Shown one piece after another: positions 7,001 through 17,367 of a stretch of 43,270 nucleotides of DNA. Source of the stretch: a virus. The notes beneath the pieces were generated by a model. That model searched no databases and was not told the origin of the DNA. It was given only the letters and a program-made list of their open reading frames with translations. How positions within the stretch are numbered: the first letter of the stretch is position 1; each line of letters begins with the position of its first letter. Location: the IMG/VR virus record IMGVR_UViG_3300034069_000622, positions 1 to 43,270 of that record. One strand, given 5' to 3'. Made by a program: the position numbers and the translations under genes.

Positions 7001-10000
7001 TCAGTGTTTCGATCCGTAACCGGTGATCAGCCCGCGCGCGAAGTCGAGCGCGCCGTGTGACTTCACCTTACCCGACTGCACGTCCGCCAAATACCCGATC
7101 GGCTTCGCGAGCGGCGCGACCGGCAGGCCCGACAAAAGACCAATCAGCGACGCCACGTCCTTAATCGGCGCCGACGGCCGGCCCTTCCCCTTCGCGGCCC
7201 GCGCCACGTGGCTCGGCAAAAGCCCGAGCTTCGTCACGAGCTCGAGCCCCGGCGCAATCACGAAGCGGTCGTCGCTCGGCTTGTCGTTCAAGGTCTTCGC
7301 CACGTAATTGACGTACGGCCCCACCACCGGCACGAGCGCGATCGACTCGTCGACCTGGCCGCCGAAGAACAAGTGAAGCGCGTCGTCTAGGTAGTGCCCA
7401 TCGTCGTTCTCGTCGAACTTGCCCTCGGCGAGCTTGTAGGTCGACTTCGCCATGATGGCCGGAATCATCTGGATCGACGCGTAGAGCGCGGCGAGCGGAA
7501 TCGCCGACTTCTTTAAACCCGATTCCCGGATCTGCGCGATGGCCTTTGACCCGAGCAGGTTCGCCTTGTTGTTGTAGTAGCCCGTGAACTGCGTGAACAT
7601 CCGCATCAGCGGCGAGCCCGTCTCGTAGCGCGCGATGTCGATGACGTCGAGACTGTGCTGCGTACGTCTCACCACCGAGTCCGCGAAGTTGATCGCTTGC
7701 GTGTCTGTCTTGCCCTCGGCCAACGCCTTCGAGTACGCGCCCGTCCAAGCGACCGTCTCCGTATACTTGGCCGTGAAATGCTGGAGGATGTAGCCGTTCT
7801 TCTGCGTCCACTCGAGCGCGGTCTTGAAGCGGCCCGGATCCTCGATCAGATCCTCAATTTGGCCCTGAAGCTTTCCGACCTCCGACACGCGCGCCCGCAT
7901 GTACTCGGATTTTTCCAAGATCATTTGGTTCAGCTCGCGCGGCGAGCGCATCGTCTGGATGATGCTGTCCCGGATGTAGTGCGGCTCGACCATGGCGGTC
8001 ACGACCGAAAGACCCGTCGTTTGGTGAATGGCGTTCACGACGTTACCGGCCATCGCGTTCAGGCCCGTGTTCGTGCGGATCGCCCTAAAGAACGAGTCGA
8101 CCGCGCGCCACGCCCGGCCCTGGCCCGACGGGATCGAGGCCGACTGCTTGGCCGCGCGGTTCATCCAAGCCACCATGTTCTCGTGGTGACCGGGCGCGAC
8201 CGCGTTCATCGCGTCCGCGAACTTGCGATCGAACACGATCTTCGCCACGTCCTTGATCACGGGCTCGACGTGAATAAAGCGGATCACTTTGTCGACCGCC
8301 ATCGGCACGTAGTCGAGATCGAGCGCGAGCGGGGCTGCGTACTCCTCAACCCTCGACTTCGTGAACCCGCGCCCGCCCGTCGGCATCATCATCATGTTGC
8401 CGTGGTTTCCGAACTGCTCGGCCTCTCGTCTTAAAGCCGCGTCGTTGGTGATGTTTGGATCCGCCACGGCCGGCGCGTACCCGCCCTTGTACTCGCCAAA
8501 CGGCGTCTGAAACGGATCGTTCGTCACTTCGCTAAAGTAAGACCCGTACATTTTTTTGTGCGCAACCTGGGCCTCGGGCTTGATCGAGTCGTACATATCC
8601 CACACGCCCTGGACGAAATCGTAGTCGGCTTTCTTCAAAGTGCCGTCCCGCTGGAGCCTCGTGATGAACTGGTCCCAGCGCGTGCGATCGAGCGAGCCGT
8701 CTTCCTTCAGCTCACCCCACCCGCGCCCGCGCAAAAGCTTCGACAGGTTCGAGAGATTGCCCGCGTGCTGGAGCGCGCCGAGGAGCTCCTTCTTGTTCTT
8801 GAACCGGTAGCCGAGCTCGGGCGCCTCGATGGGTTTAAGACTGAAGATCTCTTTGTTCGGGGCCACGACCTTGTCCAGGTAGTGGCGCATCATCTCGGCG
8901 TAGCGCAGCTGCTTTGCGGTCGTGGCCTTCTGGACCGGTTCCCAGATGTGCTCCGCGAAGGGGCCGGAATAGTCGCTTAAATCCATCGCGCGGCAGAAGT
9001 GTTCGATGCGCGTGAGCGCGGCCTTGGCCGACAAGAACCCGAGCTTGATGCTGTCGAATTTCGTGACCGCCTCCGACATGCCCGGGCGCGCGCGCGCGAG
9101 GTCGCCGTGGTTCGACGCCTGCGCCACGAGGTCTTGAACGACCTGCTCCTTCTTGATCTTTTTGCCCTCGACCTCGATCAGCTTCGAGTCGCGCGCGAGA
9201 TCGTAGAGCGCCTTCACCGAGTCGGCCATGGTCTGAAACCTGCCGAAGGTGACGTCGCGGTAGTTCTCCGGATTTCCGTCGGTCGCGTTGTGCACGTGGT
9301 AGACGGCTGAGTCGAACCCGTCCGGATCGTAGGACCGCATCCGCTCGAGGTACTTGATCGGAGCCAGATCCGTCTTGCCGATCCCGAAGCTCGCGAGGAT
9401 GGCGCGGCCCGCGTTGACCAGGTTCAGGTCCCTAGACTTCGCGATCCGGTCGTCGGCCAGATTGAATTTCTTCGTGAATTTCAGGAACTTCGCCATCTCG
9501 TCCTTGGCTTCGGTCGAGGCTTTGTAGAGTTCGTGATTCACGAGCTCGCGCCGCTTCGCCTCAAACGCGCCGTCGAAGTCACCCTTCGCGAGACGGTCGC
9601 CTGCCTCCGCCGCGGCCTTCCGGCCGGCGACGAGGTAGATGTTCGGCTTGAGTTCTGACGTCTTGAGCGCGCTCACCTGGCCGCGCACGGTCTCTTTCAG
9701 TTCGCGGTCCGGCAGGATCCGCTTCGAGACCATGCGGGTCAGGTCGCGGTCGACGCCCGGGTTTTGCTCGCGCAAGTGTTCGAGCTCGAGCCTGAGCACC
9801 TTCGCTCGGCTGTCGTTGTGGATTGCGCGCATCGCCTGGTCCGGCAGGTAGGGCGAGCGGAACAGGTCGGGTGACTTCTCCTTCATGGCCTTCGACGCCG
9901 TCTCCTCGACGAAGTCGCGAAGCTTCGGGCTCCGTGCGAGGTCGTCGATCAGATCCTTTCCCGAAGCGTAGCCGAACATGTCGGCCACGACGTCCGGGTG

Positions 10001-13000
10001 AAGGCCGTCGCGCGCGGTAACACTCTTGCCCTTCAGGCTCTTGAGCGCGTCCTCGCCGTAAAGCGTTTCGATGGCCTTCGAGCTGAGCTTGAGCCGCCCC
10101 GTCTCCGCCGGCAACTTCTCGCCCGTGACCGTCTCCCCGCGCTGGATTGCGGCGAACGCCTGGTAGACCGGCATCGCCTCGGCCTGGGTCTGCGCCTTCG
10201 CGCGCTCGGCCTCGAACTCGTCCTTGTACGCTTCCGTCTCCTGCTTCCGAATGTCGTTCATGACTTTGCCGCGGAGCTCGTCGTCGGCCGCGAGCTTCGC
10301 TGAGTCGAACGCCGACTGGTATTTCGCGAACTGCTCGGGCGTAAGGTTGTGCATGGCGCGCTCGGTAAAGAGCGGCTCGACGTTTTGCTCGCGGCTCACC
10401 TGCGCAATCTCTTCGTCGGTCGCGAGGATCCGGTCGAACACTTCGCGCACGTCGTTGGTCAGGTTCACGTTCAGCGCGCGGATGTTGCGGTAGACGTCGA
10501 CGAGCCAGGTCTTAAAGCGGGCGAATGCCTGGCGCAGGTCCGCGCTCGGGGCCTTGCCCTCCATCAGGTACGCCTCGAACGAGCGCGCCAGGGTCTCGTG
10601 CTGCTCGACCGTGATGTCGCCGCCCTCGTTGCCGGCGTACTTCATCAGCTTTCCGAAATCGGCCTTCAGATCTTCGGGCGCGTCCTCGCGCTCCGACAGA
10701 CGCTTCATGAGCTCGACCACGAAGTGACCGGTCTCGTGAATGAAAGTCGAGCGGTTGGCCTTGGCCAGGAGCTGGATGTCGATCGCGTGCGGGCGAATGC
10801 TGATCTGCCCGCGCGGGGTCTCGTCTCCGCCCTGGAACAATTCAAACCCTTGGTGCAGGGCCGCGTCGCGGAGGGCGTCCGAGATCTCGAGCGAGTGAAC
10901 GATCTTAGCGGGGCCACTGCCCTCACCGCCGTTGCGCATGATCTCTTGAACTGACGGACGCGCGAGGGTCGTGTCGCCCACCGCCGCGCCGTATTTCTTA
11001 CCGAACTTGCGAAGGTAGTCGGGTACGATCTTGTCGTAGAACCCTTTCATCCCCTCGCCGCCGACCTTGAGGTCCAATCCTTTCAATGTCTGCTCAGTGT
11101 CAGTCGCAGACGAAATGACCTTCTGAGCCATCTCTTTGCCAAGAACACTATGCATCTTTTCTTCAGTCGTCGAACCGCTTGAATAAATGCGGTCTCCGTC
11201 GACACTATTCACCACTAGACGGTACGTACCCGTCTCATATTTTTTATATTTAATTTCGCCGATTGATTTACTTAAGTCGTACCGCTCCGCCTGCTGCTCA
11301 CCGGTCGTCCACGTCACTTTGTCGTAGCCGCCCTCGGCCGCCATGCGGATGATTTTTTTGAGCGCGAACTCGTGCCAGGTCTTGCGGAAAGGAGCGTCGG
11401 GCACTTGGCGCCCAAGACCTTCGGAACGATCAAGGGCGAAAGCTTTGGCCGCTTCTTCTCGAGTCGCTCGAATGAGGCTGCCGGACGCAGGCCCATTTTC
11501 ATTCGCTGCGACAAACCCCCCGTCAGTCTCTATTATTTTGTATCCGTTTGGCAGGCTGTCAGGATCAACCGCATCGCCCTGGTAGCCCTTCTTCCGTCCC
11601 TCCTGATGCCAGTCGCTTTGGATCTCCTCTACGTGCAAGACGCGATTTCCTTCGGCGTCGACGCGGTCGTTAAGACGAGTGAACGCGAGGATATTCGCTT
11701 CATCCCAGTGGCTCGAAGTATAGACATCAGGGCGCTGCCGAATTTGATCCGTATTGAGTTGGCGCTCAATTTTTAAAACCGCTTCGTCGAACGTCGACGA
11801 TTGATCGCCGTTGCCACGCATCGACCCAGCTGGCTCGTAAGTAACCTTGCCGTCCAGGTCAGTCCGTTTTCGAATCAAGTACCGCTCGCCACCTACATCT
11901 TTTGTGTAGATGACCTCGTCTGCGTAGGGATTGCGGATCTTGTCGTAAACGTCTTTAAAGCGATTGATCTTGTCATTGAGCTCGGCCGACGCGCCGTTGA
12001 TCTCGTGGTCTTTGCCGTCGGTCCGCGGAGTTTCACTGATCCTCCTGACCAGCTCCTTAATTTCTTTCGGCTTCATTTCCGGATGTTCTTCGCGAACGTC
12101 TTTGATGATGCGGTTCAGGCTTTTCTTGTACTCGGGCGAAGCTTCAATTTCCGCGCGTGGGCGCTGCTTGAAGGAAGGTCTTGTCTTTTGAGTCCAGCTC
12201 TCTTCGGCCCTATCGGCAGGTTCGAACGCGAAAGGCTTATCTTCCGGCGGCAGCGTGAATAGCACCTCGCGGTAGTTCTCGCCACCGGGGAGGGAATATC
12301 CCTGATATTTGGTTGGAGTTGGCGCATCCTCAACTTCCATCGAACTATCGTAGTCACCCGGGATAACTTGAGCACCGTCTCCCAAACGGTCCGCTTCTGT
12401 TTTGGCCTTTGCTTCGTCGAGATAATTTTTGCCAGCCCAAGCCCCACTGCTGTCGTAAACAGAAAACACCTGTGCGTTCTGGGGAATGTCTTGCGATTTT
12501 GTGATGTCGACAATCTCAGGATTGTTCGCGCGCAGGAACTCGAGCAGCTCGACCTTCGAGACCTTCGCCTTGTCCTTCAGAAAGTCGTCGAGTCCCAGCC
12601 ACTTCTTCTCCTCGGCTTTGACGTCGCGAACGATCGCGCGCACCTGGTCGGGCGGAGCCGAGTTCGGCATCTTATCCGCGACCGTGCGCTCGAGCTTCGA
12701 GTAGAACGTGTCGACCGTCGGCTGCGGGAGTTCGGACCGGTACGCGTCCGACTGCGCGAGAACTCGCGGCATTTGACTGAAGCGCGGATCGCTTGCAACG
12801 GCTTCCGCCGCGGGAGCATCTGCGCCGGGCGCGCTCGCTTCGGACGCGCCGTAAATGGTGTTAAGAGCCGAGAGGTACTGATCACGCGCAGGCCCCTCGA
12901 GCGCCGCCGCCTTCTCAGGACTGTCGATCTGCCGCAGGATCTCCTTCGTCGCCGCGATCTCGGCCGTGTCGTCCGCGCGCTGCTGAAGCGTCAGCTGGTC

Positions 13001-15055
13001 CGGGCCCGCGATCGGCTCCGCGTCCGGTCCCCGGATCGACAAGTTCAGCTGGTTGTAGAGCTCGAGCGGGTCGACGCCCGTCCGCTGGCCCGCGGTCTCG
13101 AGGATGCGCGAGATCAGAACGGCCTGCTTCGGGTCTTGACCGGCCTCTCTCAATTGGCTTTCAACGCGTTGGCGGATCGACTCGCCCGCCTCGGCGCGCG
13201 CTTGCTCAGGGGTAAGGCCGCGGGCGTCGAGCGCCACCGACTCGGCCTGGTCGAGCGCGAGATCGTTTTGCTCCTTCACGAGACGCTCGATCTCGGCGCG
13301 GTCTTTCAGCTCCGCCACCGTCGGGTCTTCTTCGTGAAAGGTCACGTGGTCGACGAGGTCGTCGTGGCCCTTCGCCGCGATCTGGTCGACGAGCTGCTCG
13401 GTCGGTACGCGCACGTTCGTGCCCTGCGCCTGAGCTTCCGCGAACTTGTCGAGAAACCCGAGGTCTTGCATGGCGGCTACGGGATCGAGTCCCTTACTTT
13501 GAAAGTATTTTTTGAGCGCGTCCGGCGCGATCTGCGCCTCCGCGTACGGCGTCCCGTCGACGGTGTTGCGCAAAAACTCGGTGTAGAGCTCCGGGCTCCG
13601 GTCGCGCACCTTGTTCCGCGAGTCGCTGACCATGCCCGCCACGAGGTCCCGACCGGCCTGCGCGCGTCTCGCCTCCTGAAGCCGCAAGACGCCCTCGATC
13701 GGCGCGGTCGTGGCGAAGCCCGTCGCGGCACCGACGAGGCCCGTGTCGATCGCGCGCTTGATCGAGCCCGCGAACGCGTCCTTGTTCACGCCGGTCGCGT
13801 AGTCCGCGAAGTCGCCCGCAAGCGACATCCCGGCCATCTTGCCCGACTCCGCACCGACCGCGTGCGCGAGCGTCGCCCCGTAGCTCTCCATCACCTGTCT
13901 CGCCACCTGGGGCCCGAGCTGAGACGACAACCTTTGCGTGACGCCGCTGAAGTACCCGTAGACCCCGAAGCGGTCGAGGTAGCTGACGATCGCGCCGTGC
14001 GCGGCGGCGTCCGGCAAACCCTTGACCGGGTCGATCCCGGCCTCGAGGTTCGCCGCGTTCTTCTCGGCCGCGGTCTGAAGGCCCATGCCGGCCAGGCCGA
14101 GTTCGCCAACGCCGAGCATCGCGGACCCGGCGAGCGCCACCAGCTGGGGCGCGTTCGCGACCGTCTGGGCCAGGAGCACCTGCGCCGCGCGCGCGTAGTT
14201 TCCTTGGGTGGCGGCGTCGAGCACGCGCTCCGCAATCGGCGCGTCCGCGCGCGAGTTGACCGTCTTCATGAACGTGTCGACCGTACCCTCGCCCAAAATC
14301 GGCAGGTTCGACTGGTAAGCCCCCGCCTGCTGCTCGAGGTTTTGCGAGTAAAAGTTGTCGCGGCCGATCGCCGTCTGGTCGGACGTGATCCGGGTCGGGT
14401 CTCCGCGTAGCGCGCGGAGCGCGTTCGCGGGCGCGAAGTACGCGTCGTAGGCCAGGGCCGGCACCTTCGCGAGACCGCTCGCGTTGTGCGCGACCAGGTA
14501 GCCGAGAAAATTCACGGCCTGGTCGTAAAGCCCGTGCTCGCTCACGCGGTCCTCGGCCGACTGCATGGTCGGCATGTCGTCCTTGATCGCCGCGGCCTTG
14601 ACCGGATCCCCGGCCAGCGCCGTGATCGCGGGGTTGAGCCTGGCGAGCCGGCTGAAGTTGATTTGCGATTGCTCGCGCGACTTCGAGAGCTCCTCGTAGT
14701 TTCGGTCGACGAGGGCGGTGTCGAGCCCGGTCTGGCGCGCGAGATTGAAGACCTTGGCCGAGCGGTCCGGGTCCTGGTCGCGGCTCGCGTAAAATGACGC
14801 TTCCGTATTCGCGCGCTCGAACTGACGGTCGGACTGAATGAGCTGGTCGAAGTCGTTCTGGGCTGGCTTCGGCTGGCGCTCGAGGTCGAGGGTCTGCGCG
14901 GGCAGATTGATGTCCGGACTTAGGCCGGGCGCGGGCAAAACACTACCCGTAGGTGCGCCCGCCGACGCGGGACCTTCGAGACCACTACCGGTAGGGCTTT
15001 GCGGTCCGGGGTTTGCGCCCATCAACTGATCAAAGTCATTTGCCATTTTGCGCAC
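7001..15055 (-). CDS. Giant (about 2684 aa) internal virion / ejection protein at the T7 gp16 position; polyvalent-type multidomain protein with a zincin HExxH motif
   Basis: A single 8-kb GC3-rich ORF. It follows gp14/gp15-like genes and precedes the fibres. HETGH is encoded at 10724..10738 (residue ~1440 onward) and is followed by EQHETLARSFEAYLMEG. Motifs EEIQSDWHQEG and GEGMKGFYDKIVP resemble, from memory, modules of large polyvalent proteins of phages and conjugative elements (unverified). The C-terminus has hydrophobic segments. The start is GTG 15055 or ATG 15046, both overlapping the upstream gene. Confidence 0.7.
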   Translation of the reverse strand: MRKMANDFDQLMGANPGPQSPTGSGLEGPASAGAPTGSVLPAPGLSPDINLPAQTLDLERQPKPAQNDFDQLIQSDRQFERANTEASFYASRDQDPDRSAKVFNLARQTGLDTALVDRNYEELSKSREQSQINFSRLARLNPAITALAGDPVKAAAIKDDMPTMQSAEDRVSEHGLYDQAVNFLGYLVAHNASGLAKVPALAYDAYFAPANALRALRGDPTRITSDQTAIGRDNFYSQNLEQQAGAYQSNLPILGEGTVDTFMKTVNSRADAPIAERVLDAATQGNYARAAQVLLAQTVANAPQLVALAGSAMLGVGELGLAGMGLQTAAEKNAANLEAGIDPVKGLPDAAAHGAIVSYLDRFGVYGYFSGVTQRLSSQLGPQVARQVMESYGATLAHAVGAESGKMAGMSLAGDFADYATGVNKDAFAGSIKRAIDTGLVGAATGFATTAPIEGVLRLQEARRAQAGRDLVAGMVSDSRNKVRDRSPELYTEFLRNTVDGTPYAEAQIAPDALKKYFQSKGLDPVAAMQDLGFLDKFAEAQAQGTNVRVPTEQLVDQIAAKGHDDLVDHVTFHEEDPTVAELKDRAEIERLVKEQNDLALDQAESVALDARGLTPEQARAEAGESIRQRVESQLREAGQDPKQAVLISRILETAGQRTGVDPLELYNQLNLSIRGPDAEPIAGPDQLTLQQRADDTAEIAATKEILRQIDSPEKAAALEGPARDQYLSALNTIYGASEASAPGADAPAAEAVASDPRFSQMPRVLAQSDAYRSELPQPTVDTFYSKLERTVADKMPNSAPPDQVRAIVRDVKAEEKKWLGLDDFLKDKAKVSKVELLEFLRANNPEIVDITKSQDIPQNAQVFSVYDSSGAWAGKNYLDEAKAKTEADRLGDGAQVIPGDYDSSMEVEDAPTPTKYQGYSLPGGENYREVLFTLPPEDKPFAFEPADRAEESWTQKTRPSFKQRPRAEIEASPEYKKSLNRIIKDVREEHPEMKPKEIKELVRRISETPRTDGKDHEINGASAELNDKINRFKDVYDKIRNPYADEVIYTKDVGGERYLIRKRTDLDGKVTYEPAGSMRGNGDQSSTFDEAVLKIERQLNTDQIRQRPDVYTSSHWDEANILAFTRLNDRVDAEGNRVLHVEEIQSDWHQEGRKKGYQGDAVDPDSLPNGYKIIETDGGFVAANENGPASGSLIRATREEAAKAFALDRSEGLGRQVPDAPFRKTWHEFALKKIIRMAAEGGYDKVTWTTGEQQAERYDLSKSIGEIKYKKYETGTYRLVVNSVDGDRIYSSGSTTEEKMHSVLGKEMAQKVISSATDTEQTLKGLDLKVGGEGMKGFYDKIVPDYLRKFGKKYGAAVGDTTLARPSVQEIMRNGGEGSGPAKIVHSLEISDALRDAALHQGFELFQGGDETPRGQISIRPHAIDIQLLAKANRSTFIHETGHFVVELMKRLSEREDAPEDLKADFGKLMKYAGNEGGDITVEQHETLARSFEAYLMEGKAPSADLRQAFARFKTWLVDVYRNIRALNVNLTNDVREVFDRILATDEEIAQVSREQNVEPLFTERAMHNLTPEQFAKYQSAFDSAKLAADDELRGKVMNDIRKQETEAYKDEFEAERAKAQTQAEAMPVYQAFAAIQRGETVTGEKLPAETGRLKLSSKAIETLYGEDALKSLKGKSVTARDGLHPDVVADMFGYASGKDLIDDLARSPKLRDFVEETASKAMKEKSPDLFRSPYLPDQAMRAIHNDSRAKVLRLELEHLREQNPGVDRDLTRMVSKRILPDRELKETVRGQVSALKTSELKPNIYLVAGRKAAAEAGDRLAKGDFDGAFEAKRRELVNHELYKASTEAKDEMAKFLKFTKKFNLADDRIAKSRDLNLVNAGRAILASFGIGKTDLAPIKYLERMRSYDPDGFDSAVYHVHNATDGNPENYRDVTFGRFQTMADSVKALYDLARDSKLIEVEGKKIKKEQVVQDLVAQASNHGDLARARPGMSEAVTKFDSIKLGFLSAKAALTRIEHFCRAMDLSDYSGPFAEHIWEPVQKATTAKQLRYAEMMRHYLDKVVAPNKEIFSLKPIEAPELGYRFKNKKELLGALQHAGNLSNLSKLLRGRGWGELKEDGSLDRTRWDQFITRLQRDGTLKKADYDFVQGVWDMYDSIKPEAQVAHKKMYGSYFSEVTNDPFQTPFGEYKGGYAPAVADPNITNDAALRREAEQFGNHGNMMMMPTGGRGFTKSRVEEYAAPLALDLDYVPMAVDKVIRFIHVEPVIKDVAKIVFDRKFADAMNAVAPGHHENMVAWMNRAAKQSASIPSGQGRAWRAVDSFFRAIRTNTGLNAMAGNVVNAIHQTTGLSVVTAMVEPHYIRDSIIQTMRSPRELNQMILEKSEYMRARVSEVGKLQGQIEDLIEDPGRFKTALEWTQKNGYILQHFTAKYTETVAWTGAYSKALAEGKTDTQAINFADSVVRRTQHSLDVIDIARYETGSPLMRMFTQFTGYYNNKANLLGSKAIAQIRESGLKKSAIPLAALYASIQMIPAIMAKSTYKLAEGKFDENDDGHYLDDALHLFFGGQVDESIALVPVVGPYVNYVAKTLNDKPSDDRFVIAPGLELVTKLGLLPSHVARAAKGKGRPSAPIKDVASLIGLLSGLPVAPLAKPIGYLADVQSGKVKSHGALDFARGLITGYGSKH

Positions 15056-16706
15056 CCAGGAAGCGGTTCATGTAGTAAAGCGCCTTGTCGTCGGAGTACG
15101 CCTGCCCGCTCCGGGCCAAGGCTTCCCGGATCTGCCGCAGCTGTTCGGGCGGAATGTCGGAGACGTCGGTCAACGCGGGCGCGGCTTTGAGATCGTCCGG
15201 GCTCAGCTGGTAGCGGCGCTTCGAGACGCCGCCGAAGAAGCCCTTCACCGCCGGCATCACCATGCGGTCGGCCTCGGACGTCATCTGTTCGTCCGAGAGC
15301 GGCTTCCCGCCGTTCAACTCTTGGCGCTGATTGACGCGCGCAATGAACTGATCGGTAAAGACTTTCCGCGCCTCCGGGTCACCTTTGAGGCCGATGGCGT
15401 CCGCGGTCTGCGCCGCGATCGTCTGCGCCGAGCGGTGCACCGTCAGCGCCTGGTTCGACTTTCCCGACTGCAGGTCGGTCTGCATGCCGACGAAGTGCGT
15501 GAGTTCGGCCGGGGTCACCTGGCCGCGGACCTCGTTTAAATTGAGGGCCTTAAATTTCTGCGGTTCGTTCGCCGCCATGTTCATGAGGGCAATGTACTTC
15601 GGTCCCGCCTGGTCGGCGGTGACCCCTGCGCGAAGCTGCCGCGCCCGGTCCTCGAGCTTCGCGCGCAGGTCAGACGACATGCCGCCGAGCAGGGTCACGG
15701 GCGGCATCGTCTGGCCCTTTGACTGCTCGACTATGTCCGACGCCTGGTCGAACCGGGTCCGGTCGAAGTCCCGCTTCGCGGTCTCGTCGTCCGCGTGCCG
15801 GTCCTTGATGGCCTGGATCGTCTTCGTGCGCAGGTCCCCGGGCTCCATTTCGCGCGCGGCGCCGAGCGCCGACGGCAGGTCCTGGTGCTCGCGCATGATC
15901 GCGTCGGCCTTCGTTTGCGACTCCATCGCGATCGTCGAGCTTTTGAGTGTCTTGTCGATACTCGCGCGATCGTCGGCCGTCATCTGACCTTGGATGGCTG
16001 CGTAAAACCCGCGCGCGCCCGGGTCGTCGGTCGACATCATGCGCTCGAGCACGCCCGCGTAAACCTTCGACTGCGCCTGCTTCTGCCGCTCCTCGACGAG
16101 TGAAGGGTCGGTTATGCCCTCGCTCTGGGCCTGCTTCGCCGCGAGCCCGCGCACCGTCTGGACCGACTGGTCGATCTTGCCGGGCTGGTAGTAATTGAGG
16201 GTCGCGTCGTCTTGCGTGGTCTTGAGCGACGAGTCGACGACTTCTTTGTTGTACCGTTCGGTTTCCTGGAACGTGTGCTTCTCGAGCGTGAGGTTGAGCT
16301 CGCCCTCGACCTTTTGCCGAACCCTCGCGAACATGGCCCGCTGGTCGTCGTTCGACAGATTGGCCTGGAGCTGGTCGGCCGCCTTCGCGAACTGCGCGCC
16401 GTAGTCGCTCGTGACGGTGGCCGCGTCCTGGCCCTTCTTCGTCATCGCGCCCGACTGCGGGTCGAAGATCAGATTGTTCTTCGCTTGCGTGAGCGTGTCG
16501 TAGGCGCTCATGACCCGCGTGTTGTCGGCCTGCTTCTTTTGCTCCGAGAACTGCTTCTCGGTCTCGCCGAGCTGCGACACGTTGGCTTTGAGGTCGGTCA
16601 GCGCCTGGCCCCCGCCGAACGCCTCGATCCCGGGCGTTTGCGGCGCGGTCAGTGACGGAGCGTCTTGGGTCTGCGCTTGCGAAGTAAAGTCAGGAATGCG
16701 CGGCAT
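15036..16706 (-). CDS. Internal virion protein (T7 gp15-like position)
   Basis: 556-aa Q/A/D-rich, largely helical-looking protein between the gp14-like and gp16-like genes. Its ATG directly abuts the upstream stop (TAGATG). Confidence 0.55.
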   Translation of the reverse strand: MPRIPDFTSQAQTQDAPSLTAPQTPGIEAFGGGQALTDLKANVSQLGETEKQFSEQKKQADNTRVMSAYDTLTQAKNNLIFDPQSGAMTKKGQDAATVTSDYGAQFAKAADQLQANLSNDDQRAMFARVRQKVEGELNLTLEKHTFQETERYNKEVVDSSLKTTQDDATLNYYQPGKIDQSVQTVRGLAAKQAQSEGITDPSLVEERQKQAQSKVYAGVLERMMSTDDPGARGFYAAIQGQMTADDRASIDKTLKSSTIAMESQTKADAIMREHQDLPSALGAAREMEPGDLRTKTIQAIKDRHADDETAKRDFDRTRFDQASDIVEQSKGQTMPPVTLLGGMSSDLRAKLEDRARQLRAGVTADQAGPKYIALMNMAANEPQKFKALNLNEVRGQVTPAELTHFVGMQTDLQSGKSNQALTVHRSAQTIAAQTADAIGLKGDPEARKVFTDQFIARVNQRQELNGGKPLSDEQMTSEADRMVMPAVKGFFGGVSKRRYQLSPDDLKAAPALTDVSDIPPEQLRQIREALARSGQAYSDDKALYYMNRFLGAQNGK

Positions 16707-17351
16707 CTACTTGTCTCCGTCGATCCACCAGCCATTAAACGCGTCGTTGTCCTGGCCGGGCATTTTGAGGTTTTGGCTGGCGGTCAGATCGAGGCCGAGC
16801 GAGGTCGACGCGCTCGCCTGCTTGACGGGAAGCTTCGACGTACTGAGGTAACCGGCCGCTTTGCCAAAAGACGACATCGACGACAGGGCGCCCCCGAGGA
16901 GCGAGGACGCGCCCGCGGCCTTCGCCCCCACCGCCTGGAGCTTGGCCGACTGCACATTCGTCTGCGCCTGCACCTGGAGCCCGTACGCCTCGCGCCACGC
17001 ATTGTTCCGGGTCGTGATCTGGTCGTCCGCCGATAGCTCCCTCGTGTCGAGAGTCGCATCCTCGGCCGAACCATCGTCGACCCGGATCCCTTGCGCCGCC
17101 GCCGACGCGCGCTGCGCGCCCTGGACCTTTAGGCCCTGCTGCCTGATCCGGTCCGCCTGCTGGTCGCCCTGGCGGAGAACGTCCGCCGCGCGGTAGGCCG
17201 CGAAGCGTTGATTGATCTCGGCCATCGAGACCGCGAAGCTCGCTTGCGCGTTTAGGGCTTGGGCTTGAGCAAAGCCGCCCACTAGCGAGCCCACCCCTTG
17301 GAGACCCGCCAGACCCGCTAGGATTGAATTAGAGCCGTCATTTTGTGCCAT
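16707..17351 (-). CDS. Internal virion protein (T7 gp14-like position)
   Basis: 214-aa A/Q/G-rich protein (LAGLAGLQGVGSLVGGFAQAQALNAQ ...) immediately downstream of the tail tube B gene. GGAGA lies upstream of the ATG. Confidence 0.5.
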   Translation of the reverse strand: MAQNDGSNSILAGLAGLQGVGSLVGGFAQAQALNAQASFAVSMAEINQRFAAYRAADVLRQGDQQADRIRQQGLKVQGAQRASAAAQGIRVDDGSAEDATLDTRELSADDQITTRNNAWREAYGLQVQAQTNVQSAKLQAVGAKAAGASSLLGGALSSMSSFGKAAGYLSTSKLPVKQASASTSLGLDLTASQNLKMPGQDNDAFNGWWIDGDK

Positions 17352-17367
17352 GTAGAACGAAATCTCC

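Noticed and set aside
12368-14410. 680-aa plus-strand ORF, and many similar long plus-strand ORFs (for example 28999..30498, 36683..37795, 17701..18672 and 7655..8434).
   Set aside because: These are antisense to convincing minus-strand genes. They are extremely Arg/Leu/Val/Asp-rich with no motifs, which is the usual open-frame artefact of GC-rich DNA where stop codons are rare. GC3 bias supports the minus-strand frames.
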